A stretch of 64,000 nt of DNA from Phoronis australis (lineage: Eukaryota; Animalia; Phoronida): positions 786,911 through 850,910 of the forward strand of contig NMRA01000032.1 of assembly GCA_002633005.1 (NCBI GenBank), read 5' to 3'. How positions within the stretch are numbered: position 1 is the first letter of the stretch; each line of letters opens with the position of its first letter. The position numbers and the translations under genes are program-made. Shown piece after piece: positions 1-14,729 of this stretch. The notes under the pieces are model-generated. The model was not told the DNA's origin. It was given only the letters and a program-made list of their open reading frames with translations, and did no database searches.

Positions 1-2932
1 CTCGTTAGGGTAGTTAGTTCGCTGCCTTAGGGTCAGGGGGTCATTCCACTCCTGCTTTGATCAACTCCTCAGCAGCTGTTGAACCAAACAATCCATCAGG
101 AAAATAGTTACATGTATGTGAATATCATAAAACACAACTAATATAATTTCTAACCTGCAGTGTTTTGGCTAAGCTTAGTGCAAAACTGCCAGCGATAAGC
201 ACCAATGAATGTAGATAGTGGCCAAACAAAATCTGACCACTGTCCTCTTTCTTTATTAAACTAATTTATAGTTATACAGGTGCTAAAAAAATCACAGTTG
301 TGCTGTTATAATTCTGCCGTGAAATTTTTGGAGCGGTAAGGCGTGCCAGATTTTCAGGACCATGATAAAATGGATCGTCACCTATTGGCCAATTTCTTTT
401 TTGGGCAATTCTTCAATCAATTCTTCACAGTCTAGTCTGTGGGAATCAGTTTTTACCAGCAAACTAATTTCAGAACCAAATTTTGCTTCGGCGAAGTTGT
501 TCATAAGATGTCATGAATAATTAGTTGAGATAGGTTGTATCAGTTGGAATAATGCAGAGCACATTGGTGTTAGTTTGGGATGCAGCAAATTGTTGCCATG
601 GTAATGTCTTTAATGCTACAGATTAACGGAAGGTTGGTAGGCAATAACTAAAGTCTTTTTTCACTTGTAATCTGACATGATTTCACCATCATTTTAATTT
701 GGAACAAAACGACATTCCAGAAAAGTGAAGTGTAATGAACATTTTGATGTTTTTTTTTGTTTTTTGTATGTTTTCAGTAATCAATTAACATTAAAACAAA
801 GCTGTTATTTGGTCCTGCTACTGCGTATCATTGCCAGCTATTAAAGTGACTGTGTCTGTTTAGCTGAATGTATCGACAAGCCTAATTTGTTTGATACTTC
901 CCGGCTTAATAATTTATCTTATCTTGGATCCAATGTCTTATCCACGCAGACGTCTTTGTTTGCAAAATATATGTACCAAAAATATTAAAAACTGGAATTA
1001 TACTGAATTTCCTCATCAGATACGGAGCTTAATCCAGTAAAGGTTATAAATACACAATATACTGCTTCAATTTTCTTCAGTTGTGGAACTTCCGTGTACG
1101 ATTGCGAAGAAGTTAGGAGCGGGGTGACTACTTTCAGTTCACACTTTGCTGTTTTATGTTGAGTTAATCTAAGCATGCTTTTGATCCATTTGTTCTCTCC
1201 AATGGAACATTTGAACGCAGTGCTGCACTCTGAACCTAGTCATGTTTAAAAAGCACTGAGCCACGTTTAATTCTTTAGCCATGTTGACAAAAAGCCTTCA
1301 GAAGTTTTCCTGCTTTGCAAAACAAGTTATCGCATTTGTAACTATGGTAATGCCGTTTCGGGGAAAATGAAAATGAAACTAGTTGTTTCTGTGAATGAGC
1401 AGACAGTAGATGTTAGGACGTGAGAACGCGATGTGCAACTTAAACCACGTTTGCATTTTAACCCAAGGAGAACTCGGTACATCCTGAAACATTCAAACTT
1501 TTTCATATTCCGGGCTCAGCCACTCAGAATCCATTGGGTGTTATAAAACAATTGAGTTCTCACCCAGGTCCATGAACTTTTTGTTAAGCTGTGTTTAGTT
1601 ATACAGTCCAAGTGGGACAGTTGTGTGACTAAGAGCAGCGTTCATGAAGAACTGTTTTCTCTGACCTTATGCATGCCTTAATTTCTTGATTTGCAGCCAC
1701 TAGCAAAAGTCTAATCCCTTTCTAGGACTAGTTACCCCCTTCAAGCCTTAAATACAGATGATGGTTTCTGAAGTTTTGTTCAACCCCAGCAGGCTAGATT
1801 TTACTGTCACTCTTCTTTGAGATGACTACCGGTACTAACACAAGGAGTTGCAATGCTATATGGAATACACTCATTCTGCTGTGTATCTGAACTGAAAATT
1901 TTGATGGCATGTGGAGTGTCAAAATCAGTATGTAAAGGCATTGACCGCAACACTGTAGAGGTTTGATATAAAGCCTCTTGCTCCTAATCTGATAACAGTA
2001 GTTTAGGCAGGTTCATAGTGGGTACTGATACACCAGGTATTCGTGGGGGGAGGACACTGTGTACCCTGTAGATTGAGGAAATCTTTTAATCTTATCAAGC
2101 TTAATCTTCTGTCTATATGAATAACTTAAGACATTTGATTGGTTCTCTCTAATTTCTTGACTAATGTTTTTTATCAGAGATTTTGAAATGTCACCTTATG
2201 AACAGCCAGGCAAAGATATATTTTGTTGTCATGGGACATTAGGTTCATTTAGCAGAGACTTGCCAAATGTCACATCATTTGTAATTTAGTTAATGTTATC
2301 CATGTTAAGTAGGGTAGCTCCCAGCTTGAGTTGTGTCTATCAGTGTGTTCACTTGAGCTCAGGAAAGTGAATTCTGGAGATGTAGAAAATTAAAAAATGT
2401 AAGTTAAATCATTGAAATTAAAAATTTATGAAAATAAATAAGATCTACCTTTCATGCAATGCTCCTGACTTCAGTCACTGTTTAGTCTTTTAATTAGGGG
2501 CAATTGGTTCTTATAGTTTCTTATTGGCTGGAATATTAGGGACTTTTAGATCTTTATTGTTAGAAAATGTCAAAAGTGAAAGATAAGCTGACAATAAAGA
2601 TAAAGTGATAGATAAGCATATTATTTTTCTGAGTGAGCAAAGGCACAAATGCACAGGAGATTTAGGGAATATAGTTGAGTCCCAAACACTGAGGGCATTC
2701 AACTGGGCAAAGGTGTCTGAACCGTCACTGTGCAGTCACTTTAATGTTGCTGATATGAAGAAATCTCAAGCACCCATTGTTTGACAATTGTTGTAGCCTC
2801 TGGAAAAATCTTGGATCCGTGGCTGGGACAAATTATGGTAATATTTGTTAACTATGTTCTGAAAAGTCTGGAGTAACCCTGGAAATTGTTCTGCCTCATC
2901 TAGTGTCCAGACTGGAATGTTTTGTCTTCTAG

Positions 2933-5900
2933 TGAATTGTGTCGACCGCCACTCTGAAAGGAATCCTGACAGAGTTGCCCTCATTTGGGAGAAAGATGAA
3001 CCAGGACAAGAGGAATATGTCACCTACAGGTGAGGTCGATTAGAGGAACTTCCAATCTTCCACTCTATGATTGGCTGGTTCATTTTATGATGGCCAAGGA
3101 AAATTTCGTTTTAAATTGGTACAATTAAATGATATCACCAATATCATGTCAGTTTGTGTGGCAAACATCATAAAGTATTGAAAACTAGTGCATAAGTTGG
3201 TTATGCGTAAGTTATGCTCCACTTTACTGAAAGTTGGACAAAAAAGTTCAGCCGTGCAGTACCGTATTATATACTTATTCATGCACTCAGATAAGTCTAA
3301 TTTTGCTGCACTCTGATAAAACATCCGGCCTAGTTCGATCTGACTTATGCAACAATGACTTACAAGTTGCATCTACAAATTACACCCCACTCACCCTGAT
3401 CACCTGCAGACAGGGCATTACCATACACTTTGCATTTCCAACCTAATCTGATGGAAATAATAACAGCTGCAGTACTTTCTAACAAAGATTTTCAGGTTCA
3501 ATTAACTCGGCCATGTCTTTAGGAATAGGCTTGGCTTGCTGCTTGGCTGGGGTAAAGCGCCTCACCTTGGCACTGTGTGTAAACACTATAGTCTCATGGT
3601 CAGACTAGGGTTACTGTAATTTTGTGACTTCACTAACTTTAAACACAGTCTATTTTAGGGTTATATTTCCTGCCACTTGTAAGACACTACTTAGAATTTG
3701 AAAGTGTAGAAAGGCCTTTAGAATGTGGCAATTATTAAGTTACATAAAATTTTGTTACTAGTTGTATGATTTGTAAACACTGTTGCAGAGATATTGTTAT
3801 GAATTAAGATTTGTGAGTGTCATTCTACTTATTGTTGAGTTTTGATCTTCCATTATTTTATTATTTAAGTAATTTGTTGCCTTTTGTTTTTTAATCTTTA
3901 GTTGTTTTCTTATTTAAGTAATTTGTGATTTTATTTCTCTACTAATGATACATCAAGACTGGAGCTAAAAGGGACATTATTGGAGAGTAAAAGTGATTTT
4001 CTGAGGTCAGCCTCAGCACAGAATCGAACCTGCGACCTCATTGTCACACTTAATGCTGACGGAGCTTAGAACCCCATTTGATAAATGGCAGAGTATTGTA
4101 AGCATATTTATCGTATTTCAGCAAATGTCTGCTACTGTAATGGCAAGAATTGGCAATCTGTAATAAAATCACAAATACACAGCAGATTTTGATCGTAAAA
4201 CTGACAACTCTTGACTCGTAGGCAAAGACATACAAAATTCCTAAGTCGCTGTAGACCCACTTTAACCATTGTTCCACTGAACAACCATCAGTAGTCACAA
4301 GGTGGTGCTGGTGTATGATGCTGCAGTTTTTAAGAGTTGTGAGTCCACTGTGTATTTGCAGAGGGCTATTAAAACAAGTTTGTCTGTTTGCTAACACCAG
4401 GTGGTGCTGGTGTGTGATGCTGCAGTTTTTAAGAGTTGTGAGTCTGCTGTGCATTTGCAGAGAGCTATTAAATCAGGTGTGTCAGTTTGCCAACATGCTG
4501 AAGGAACATGGTGTCAAGACTGGAGACCGTGTTGCCATTTACCTGCCCAACTCCCCGATGGCGATTGTGGCGATGTTAGCGTGTACTAGGATTGGCGCCG
4601 TCCACAATGTGGTGTTTGCCGGATTTAGTGCCAAGGCTCTGTCAGATAGAATTAATGATGGTGAGACAATCGATTATGAATTTTGTTTTGTGAAAATGTC
4701 TAAAAATAAAACAATTTTGGGCAAAAGTTTTGTTGTTATTAGCATGGTTTGTACAATACAATTGTAAACCTCATAAATAACATTTAATAGATTTTAAGCA
4801 TTTGCAGCCATTGTACTCAAACTTATTGAAAAATATTTTTAGCTATTTCATCTTAATTTTTACAGGAGTGGAGCGAATTAACCGTGTGAAGAATTACCCC
4901 TACCTCTTGATTGTCATGCAACTCATTTTGACATTTGTTTATAGCTCAGGCAGAGACAGTGATCACCACGGACCAGGCTGTGCGTGGTGGTAAGATCATT
5001 GAATTGAAGAAAACCGTTGACACCGCGGTGGCGTCCTCACCATGTGTTCGCCAGGTGTTTGTTGCACGCAGAACAGGAAATGACGTTCCAATGAGCAGTA
5101 TTGATATACCTCTGGAGAAGGTAGTGTGTTGGGTTGAGTTGGACATAACTGTCATCTGATAAATCATTTATAATTATCGCATCTTTAAAAATATTCAAAA
5201 CAGTTTTTTCAGTACCTTTTGTTTTCATAGAAAAGTACAGTAAAGCTTCTTCAAATTGGAACTCAGTGTATGGCTGACAAGGGTAAATGAGATGACTGTT
5301 TTGCTTGATTATTTGAAAACTTTATATATAGTCATCAAACATGATGAAATTTTGAAATTTTTGACAATTCAGTGAGCATTAGAAAAATTGAAAAATGACC
5401 ATATTGGTCATTATTTTTTATTTGAATTTGAGGAAACTTTACCATGTCAAAGTTGATCCAGCCTTTTAGGACTCCTTTTACTTACCATTGAGTGTTTTGG
5501 GATCAAAATATCTTTACCAGGAAATGGAAAGTGTCCAGTTATTATGTGTAATAGGTAATGTTGCTATTTTGATAATTTCATACACCTGTTCACAACAAAT
5601 CAATGAAAAAATTGTCGGGGAATATCAAACATGTTTGATTGAAAGACATCTTGTCGTGCTTTATCACATTGTGCGCGCTTGTTGGCGACTACTTGTGACT
5701 TAGGTCAAATTAACAAATAGGATTTTAGATCGGTAGCGCATGACAAGTATGCACTGTACTATATACTTTGTGTTGGTTTCTAATCCCGTGATTTATTATT
5801 TTGATAACTAGGCAAAACTGCTGCGAGGCACCTCAGTCATGACAAAATCATATCGTGTGTGCTGGTTCAACTGACATGGCAATTTGTCGCCAAGAAATCA

Positions 5901-8900
5901 TGAAATTTCCCCCCGACCTAAAATGTTTTTATCCTGTGCACTAGCTTTAACCTGATTTATATTTTGTGACTAATGTAGTGAGCAGAGCAGGAAGTATATA
6001 TTCCATTAACTATTACTATCACAATAAGAAATGGTTGGCATAGATGTGTATCCAGTAACTGTATTTCAGACTATGGAACAGTGCAGCAAGTCATGTGACC
6101 CTGCCATCTTGAACAGTGAAGACCTACTGTTTATGCTGTACACGTCTGGGAGCACAGGGGCTCCAAAAGGGATTGTACACACTCAGGCTGGCTACTTGAC
6201 TTATGTTACACTCACACACCAGGTAATTGAATGTGCAAACCTTATATCTGTGGTTATGTGCCTTTGGTCTATACGACACCTTTGTCACAGTGCAAATACT
6301 CAATCCAACGTACACACAGGTTTGTTCAACTATTTAGGCTGTTCTTGCCAACTTGATTATTTCTGCAAAATTCATGAAATTCTGCGAGATTTGTTACACT
6401 CGTTGATCATTTAACTTCTCTGTGGCTAAGTTTCATTCATACTAAAATGTTGGAAACTTCTAAAGTCTTGGTGAACTGTGCCTACTTTCCAGTCCCTTTT
6501 CTAAGAATTTTGCAGTTGGCTGGACCGCATGTAAAACTTGCAAAAGCTCTAAGAATAAATCTTGACTGTTGAAATATGCCAACAGCATGCATTGTTAAGA
6601 TATGGCCACATGATGTGAATTTTGGTTATTAGCCAACACATAACTTTATTCAGCTGGGCTCATAACGCTGTTTTGATTGTGATTGTTTTGCTTCGGGGAG
6701 TATACACTGGATACTCTGTTATCACTGATCTAAGTAGCCCTTTGTATGGTCTCCGGTAATTATGTCTCATCTGTTAGTGGGACTATTTGATAGACAATCA
6801 AATGGGCTGATCTTAATTAATGCTATTTCCCACGAATAGCCAATTTTTGTGAGGAAAAAGAAAAGCTCTATACTCAAATTTTGATTAAGATTTCAAGTTT
6901 TGACTCTCAGGTTTCCATCCACAAAAAGGGCAAAAAATGAAATCAGATATCAGCAACTCTTATTTTAATGTTGTCAAATTAAAACACAATAAAGAGTTAT
7001 GGAGTGGAAGGGCTTGTAGTTTTCTGACTGCCCAGAGGGACAGTCCATCAGGACAAAAATAAGTGTCATCATTGCTATGCATGTGTTTTAGATGGTCTTT
7101 GACTACACCCCTGGAGACATCTACGCCTGTGTCGCTGATATAGGCTGGATCACAGGTCATTCCTATGTGTGCTATGGGCCCCTCAGCAATGGAGCCACAA
7201 CCGTCCTATTTGAAAGTATTCCTACGTATCCTGACCCAGGTAACCTAAGTTACAGCTAGATTTAAGTTAAAATGTAAAACAATCTATACATTTGGAAAAA
7301 TGTTTTATTCCATTCTTAGCTTTGTCTTACTTTGAAGTCTGTGGGTGCCGATGTAGTTCTTGTGATATGTAGCACCTTCAAGTGTGTCCTCAAAGCATAT
7401 TTTTATCCTGTTTTAAGATAAGCCATAGCATTTGTCTAGTGTTGTATATTTTATACTTAATAACCCATTCTTTTATCAACTATTAGGAAAGCTGTCTACA
7501 TTGTGTTAAGTGCATTTTGTTATGATTCTAAAACTCTTGAGAATTTGATTGCGTAATGCAATTTCCTGAAATAGGCCAGTTTTGTGAATAGTAATAACAA
7601 TATGCACATCTTAATTTTCATTAATTTAAACTGTAGAGTAAGTTATGAAAGTAATTCGAAAGAAAAATCAAAATGAAATGCAACTCCATAGCTAATATTA
7701 TATTGATGACTTCTTTTATGACTCAAAAATGGGCAACTTGAAAGCAAGATAAACTAATAAGATGTTATATGATCATTCCAAAGTTAAATTAAAACATTTG
7801 ACTCTCACAATTGTGCATAATGGGATATGCCAAGGTAATAATCATATTACCTAAACAATGCTGGATACTGGTCTTAAAGTGGTCCATCTTTGAGAGCAAT
7901 TGAGTATTTTTGAAACCAATTATACAGTATAAACTTTGAGATCTGAAAGTCTTAGTGGGACAGCAATTACCTGCCTTCCTGACAGGTCGCTATTGGGAGA
8001 TGGTGGAGAGGTTAAAGGTCAACCAGATTTATGTGGCACCCACTGCAGTGAGGCTGCTTCTGAAGTCCGGTGATGACTATGTTTACAAGTACGACAGGTC
8101 GACCCTGAAGACCTTAGGATGTGGTATGTTTGTAAAGTTAAGAGGTTTTAAACACCAAAAACTGCAGAACCAAAGCCATTCGAACTAAAAACAAAAATGA
8201 ATAATTAAAGCTTTTTAATGACATTTTTCCTTGGTTTCAAAATATTCTTTTCCATAATAGAACTTTATTTCCGTTGCCACAAAGATTGTTTGGGGCTTTT
8301 AAGGTTATGTCAGGCCTAAGGTCGTGTATTTGCCAATATCTACAAAATTATGGATTTTGAGTCAGCAAAAATGTTCATTTTTTGAACGTAGAAAACTTGC
8401 ATAATTTAATTATTTTACTTTTAAACAATCTGCCATTAATATTGGTTCATTGATAGCAAAACAGCAGTATCAACAACATAACCAAATTTCTTCTGATTCA
8501 AATTATCAAGATGCAATTTCAAAAATGCAGGCTCAGAGCAGTGTAAAATCCCAACCTTTGTAATGGTCAGAACACAACAGCCTAGTTTTTACTAAAGATT
8601 AGCCCTAACTTTAAACCAGTGGCTGTAATGATCAATATAATTATGTTCTCTTCATTATCGCAATGAGCATTGGTCAGTACTGTATGCCAAGAGCGTCACT
8701 GTGTATTTCCGAAATTATTAGACAACTCTCAGGAAGTTAGTGGCAGAAGTCATGGTTTTCTTCAATGGTACATGCCATGAGAATAGCATTTACAGATCTA
8801 CTTGCTACACCAAGACTAGCCTAGGTGAGGTGCTTTACCCCAGTCAAGCAGGAAGTCAAGCCTATTCATAAAGACATGTCCGAGTTAATTGACCACTTTT

Positions 8901-11900
8901 TAATTATTTCCAGTAGATTGATTAGGTTTATTGCTTTGGAAATGGTTATGGCTATGGTAATCCACTGTCTGCAGATGGTCAGGGTTAGTGGGATTCAGTT
9001 TGTAAAGGCAACTTATAAGTTATGAAAAGTAAAACATGAATATTTTTAACTGTTTTCTTTGTAACAAAGTTTGTTTTTACAGTTATTTAACTTAAAAGTG
9101 TCAAGAATGCTTTGCACTATTACCAAACTAAGGAAGTGAAGTTATGTTTACATTATTTTTATTAAACCTGACGACCACCAAGACACTGGTAACATGTTTG
9201 TTGTATTTCTGCAGTTGGTGAACCTCTCAACCATGAAGCATGGGAATGGTACAACTATGTGATCGGCGAGGGCAACTGTGACCTTGTAGACACCTGGTGG
9301 CAAACAGGTGAATGAAAATATTAAGAAGGCTACTTAATCTTACCATCTGTGACATAGTAGACACCTGGTGGCAAACTGTTGAATGAAAATAAGGGGCTAC
9401 TTAGCTTCATCAAAAGTTGATTTTATTATTGTATTTTGTGAATTGCACTGTAAGCACTGTAAGGCTTAAAATGCGAGATCAACAATAGTGTTATCCTTAA
9501 TTACTTGGATTAATTGTTGACCTCATTACCATTTTGTGTCAGTAATTGAAAGAAACTGACTGCCTGTGTTTATTTTCACAGAGACAGGAGGCATCTGTAT
9601 ATCACCTCGGCCATCAGCTCCGGGGGCTGAAATCAAACCTGCGATGCCCATGAGACCCTTCCTGGGTATAGACCCTGTACTGGTCGAGCCAGAAAGCGTG
9701 AGTGAGATCGCATAAAACAAACGAGCGTGCACTTTCATAATACCTGTCTGAGCATACATTTCATAAAATCAAGGATTCTTTATCGTCTCTTTTCACTCGA
9801 TTTTGACTTGAAAACTTATTTTTCTTTTTCATTTTCATTCATGTTACTGAGCAAAGCAATATGATTTGTGCAGAAATTGTTTTCTTTTGTTCAAGTTGGA
9901 TTACAATTGGAGAAAAAATATTTCTTTGATACTTGTCTTCATACAGAATAGGTACATTCAGATGTCATGCTGCTCAAAAAAACATTTGACCTCTCACTTC
10001 TTCCAGGCAAGTGCGACTTTAACTTGGAATGGTGGCGCCATCTATTTATGCAGCATTTCAATTGCAGGGCAAAGAATTGGAAGGAAATGATGTTTATGGA
10101 GCTTTGTGTATGCGCAGACCGTGGCCAGGAATGTGCCGGACTATTTGGGGAGACCACGAAAGATTTAAACGAACATATTTTGATGTTTACAAAGGTAAAC
10201 ATTGACTCATATGACAATATTTGATATTTTACCTCCTATTTAAAACTAACTTAGTAATTGAAAATGTTATTGGCAGTGAAATATGACAATTGTGTTTTAG
10301 AACATGTCATTTTTGTTGTTAATTAATTTGCAGTTTGCTTTAAGCAAGTGAACCGAAACAGTCATGAAAATAGCTTGTAGACATCAGGTAAAATGGCATT
10401 CTTCTCCATTCCGTATTTATCCATGTTTGCATTTGTCAAATACTTGTGTGACGGTGGTGTCATAAGTGAACCTTTGAAGGTGTCGAGCTTTGCGACTTAT
10501 GTTTGTTTTTGTAACATTTTAAAAATTAAAAATTTGACATGAATGCATGATTAAAATAGTTTGTCTTTGAAAATGAGGATTTTCTCGCACTTTTATAGCT
10601 TGGGATGTGTTCACTGTTTATTGTGTAAACTACATGTTACGAATAGTGTTTTGGCTTGATGTTTCAGATTTCTATTTTTCCGGCGATGGTGCCAGACGTA
10701 GCGACGAGGGTCATTACCAGATAACTGGAAGAATGGATGATGTCATCAATGTCAGCGGACATAGACTGGGCACTGCAGAAATTGAGGACGCCATGGTAAT
10801 GCGTACCTAGATGCTTGAAGTTAATTTTTTGCATCTCTGGCTCTCCCACTACAGGTTCCAGCTCTGTCAAGATTCTTGAAAACACAACACCAGATTGGAG
10901 CTCCCTTCTCATTTTGGGCTTGGGGGGAACTAGTCCTCGTACTGGCTTAGAATTTGTGAGTACAGTTGTAAATCACGGATGTCTGTCACACACATCAGGC
11001 CTTCTGAAATTGGCATGCAAGGTCAGTGAAAAATGAAAGCAATTCTTTGACATGAGCCCTGCTTAGTCATGCAACTGTCGGAGTTGGACTGTGCAAGTAG
11101 CCACAGCTTAACAAAGGGTTTATGGACCTGGATAAGACAATAGTTATTACCCCCTATGAATTAATGAATAACCAAGCCCAAAGTGTAGCACTGCGGGCTC
11201 AGATCTACCACATTTCTAGCTGTATATTGCTTTCAGTGCATAAATCAGTCTTTAACATGCTGTCGGTCCAAGCCCAAAAATGGCTTCTACTGTGAGTAAG
11301 GAGCTATTTTCTCAAAGTGGCCTGAATCAAACGTTAGGCAATATGATGGCAGTCAGCGTGAGTTACTACTATTTGTTTTGTATTTGTCTTCGGTAACTTT
11401 GGTATATTTTTTTCAAGCCTCAGTGTTGGTAAGGATTTTACTCTGTTCATGAGCTTTTACTGAGTACCAGTTAAAAAAATTCTCTTTGACCACTATTTCA
11501 TTGGACTTTTTGATGTGTCAAACAAATCAATGACAAAGGTTGAACTAAAAGCTGGAAGCAGTATGAAACCATTAGGATCTAATTGTGCCAGTCTATATTA
11601 TGTTTGTATGTTGCAGGATGAACATCCAGCGATTGCAGAGACGGCTGTGATTGGCTGTCCCCATGAAATTAAGGGTGAATGTAAGATTTCTCTTGTAGTA
11701 TTTTATTTGTATGAAAATTATAAAAAATGAATTGTATAAATTTTTATTGTCTGTAATAATCTTCTATGATAATCTTTTTTATTCAAACATTTTAGTGTGT
11801 AATTGTGCATAGTTACCTTTTTGATCCCTCCTCAGTGTTTTATTTGATACTGTGTCTTACATCTGAATGTTATTGAATCACTTAAATCTTGAATTATGAC

Positions 11901-13808
11901 TATGTACGGTACTTCAGTTTGCAAAGTATAAAGTTTTGTTTTTCCTGCTTTTTGAAAATGTTTTTAAAAATCTTCATTGCTGAAAACTGATTCTGCATGA
12001 AATAACAGTACAACATTTGACAGCGGTAACAATTCTCCTGTTTGGAAAAGTGAAAAGGATTATTTTGTTCAAGGTTGGAAATTTTTGAAATAGGCTTTAT
12101 TGGCCATCTCAAATTCAAGAATTATGACAAGCAATTGTTCACTTGGCTGTTGCACTACCATGGAGGTGCAAGAAAATATTTCATTGACCTCTATTTTCAA
12201 CGATCTTATGAACTGTCTGGTACAAAAAATGAAGAAATATTGAACGTCGGTAATGCCCAGATATCCCATCCTTCAGAATGAAGAAAATGGTAATATTAGT
12301 CACTTACAGTATTCAGCATTTTAAGATCGAGTTTTCTCCAATGAATAAGGACCGTCAACCTTTATCTCAAAATCCGGTGACTGCAAGTGATAATTGCATA
12401 GAAAATTTTGGTGTCACAAATTTAGAGACTGTCCAAAACTTTTTGACATGTGTTTACTAATCTGAATTATGGAATTGGCATGATCCAAATCTGTCCACTA
12501 AGTTGCAAGTTTTTCTGCTTCGATGTGTTAAAGATCACAACGTGCTCATGAGTGACCTTCAGAATAAAAGTTATTAAAATCTGAACAATGCGAATATTCC
12601 TCGACTCTCATAAAATGATACGACCTTGTCACATTATTGCATGCTGCTCTTACTGTTGATGTGAAATACTTTACATTCTAGCTGTGTATGCCTATGTTGT
12701 ACTCAAGGACAATGTTTTTGAGCATGAAGATCAGATTATTGAGGAACTATGTCATCTGGTGAAGACCAAGATAGCTAGCTATGCAGTGCCACAGGTTATA
12801 AATGTGAGTATTCAAATTTCGCTGCATTCTTAGAGGGTATAAAGATCACTCCCATAAGCGCTCTATTGTGCAGTTGTGTACACAAGTCACATTATGCCAT
12901 TGAGTTGCTCAGACAGGTTACACAATATAGGTTGGAACATATCAATAAAGGAACAGCAAATGCAATGCCCATTATTTCTCTTTTGGTATGTTTAGTTCAC
13001 TAATGTTTTCGGTACACCCTCGATTTGTCTACCCATGATAACTGCATGTCTGTAAAATTTTCCTGTCCCTTTAAAGGTGGGATGAGTGAGATTTTGATGT
13101 ACTAGGTAGTAGACTAATACCTGTGATGTCCTCTCAGCAAACCATTACTGCGACCAATTTTTTTAAGCTGTCCTCGGTCAACTATGCAAGGTGGACATTA
13201 AATATAAAAGTTTTTGATGTTATTCCAAACAATCTTACCCTAATCATTACTTTCAACAATTTTGGCACGACAGATTTCAGTAAGATAATGCTTCCGTCAC
13301 CAAGTTATTGTAAGTCACTATAATTCTTCACTAATATAGCATGCAGTATGGCCGGCAAGTATTTTGTCATATTTTTATCTTCGCAAAAACATAGTTGTAA
13401 ACATCTTTAGCCTGTTGCTAGTATAGTTTGTACTGTATAGAAGTCACAAAACAACATTTGGTGAAGTTTCCAAAATTTGTAGCTAAGTAATCAGCCATTG
13501 AAAGTGGAAAATAACAACTTTGGCAATTATTTTCAAGTAACGCAGTGGTGAATTATTATAACTGTCGAAATAGCCAACTTCCTTATATGCACTTGGTGTG
13601 ACATTTGTCTGAAATCTGACCATTTTCCCGACAGGTTACTAATGGTTTACCAAAGACTCGATCGGGAAAAATCATGCGAAGAATTCTCCGAAATGTTGCT
13701 CAAGGGAAGTCAGACCAGCTGGGAGACATCACTACATTGGCTGACCCTGGTGTTGTCGAACAGTTGGTGAAAAATCATGACAAGCTGACGAAAGGCTGTA
13801 GTCAATAA
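2933..13808 (+). CDS. ACSS1: Acetyl-CoA synthetase 2-like, mitochondrial type (ACSS1 family); 5'-partial, 13 coding exons in window
   Basis: Exons, all AG/GT bounded and phase-consistent: 2933-3029, 4461-4660, 4945-5120, 6070-6222, 7092-7239, 7986-8123, 9215-9307, 9582-9697, 10068-10194, 10668-10795, 11617-11680, 12682-12803, 13635-13808 (TAA). Translation gives ACS motifs [47 protein letters not shown] (AMP-binding), [52 protein letters not shown] and [16 protein letters not shown]1 rather than ACSS2 is inferred from sequence features and from exon sizes matching my recollection of vertebrate ACSS1. Exon 1 was not found in 1-2932. Confidence 0.92.
4301..4498 (+). repeat. 99-bp tandem duplication spanning the acceptor of ACSS1 exon 4461-4660
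   Basis: GGTGGTGCTGGTGT.TGATGCTGCAGTTTTTAAGAGTTGTGAGTC..CTGTG.ATTTGCAGAG.GCTATTAAA starts at both 4301 and 4400. Confidence 0.9.
9276..9412 (+). repeat. 71-bp tandem duplication spanning the donor of ACSS1 exon 9215-9307
   Basis: CTGTGAC...GTAGACACCTGGTGGCAAAC..TGAATGAAAAT..GGCTACTTA starts at both 9276 and 9347. Confidence 0.9.
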
Positions 13809-14729
13809 ATGTACTCCACCAAATACATATCAAACTGAAGTATTACTGTAAAAGATTTTGTAATGTATAGTTTCTCCTGAGTTGTTTAGAGACCTATTAT
13901 ATGTGTGTTATGCAAAAATATATCAATCAAAACTTCGTCTTCCTAACGTGGCACAGTGACGGAAGAGTTGATTAAAAGCTTAAGTTCTTGATAGGAAAAT
14001 ATTACGTAGATGGAAACTTTTTCAACTTTATGTTCTTCTGAGTTTTTCCAACAGTGCTGAGGAAGTTATAGAGAATTTATATATTTTCAGTTTCAATACT
14101 TCACATGAATGAATGATTATGTCCACTATATATTCAGAAATATGTATAATACACGTGGTATGTCTACTCTTTAAAACGTTTACTTCTGTTGTGTTATTAT
14201 TTAAATTTGAAATGCCAAATTTGAAGGAATTTAACTCTTTTGACGAGCCTTAAACATTGTCGTTCTACCTACACAGCTTATTTGGAGGTTGTTTTGTTTA
14301 ATTTTACGTGAAACCTTTTGAATTGTGATAGTAAAACTTGCTTTTTTAGAAGTGGTGAATTGTGCATAATTTATATGAAAACTGTTTTATCAGTGCTATA
14401 ATGGGCAACTTTTGTTCAATGAGTTATCCATGTTATTTACCTAACTCAAGTTCCTTAGCTTGCCCTTTGTACACCATTGTAATTTGTACCTCTTTCGTCA
14501 CTACTCTATACCTATGTTTGCTAATCTCTTCTGGGTGACAGTAGTATTATCTTCAGTTTGTTAGAGGTTAGACTTTCTTCGTAGTTTTTGATCAATGTCA
14601 AATGTTATTTTTTTGTTTGCCATGTTTCCCTGTAGCCCAGCTTGCATAATGTTCAGTTCATTAACATTTCAAATGTGTGTTATATTTAGTGCTAACCTTT
14701 TGGCGTTTTTGCAATGGTCCTTTTGGATA

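Noticed and set aside
1-2932. Short ORFs and a possible ACSS1 first exon
   Set aside because: No ORF or exon with ACS N-terminal similarity was found. The region is best read as part of ACSS1 intron 1.
4010-4290. Minus-strand B-box-like (GGTTCGATT) and A-box-like motifs suggesting a split SINE head
   Set aside because: The motifs are about 230 bp apart and degenerate; not supportable without a repeat library.
9990-10067. Strong-looking acceptor CTTCTTCCAG at 10006, upstream of the ACSS1 exon
   Set aside because: It is 61 nt upstream of the acceptor at 10067 and would shift the frame to a stop at 10088-10090. The conserved protein sequence starts at 10068.
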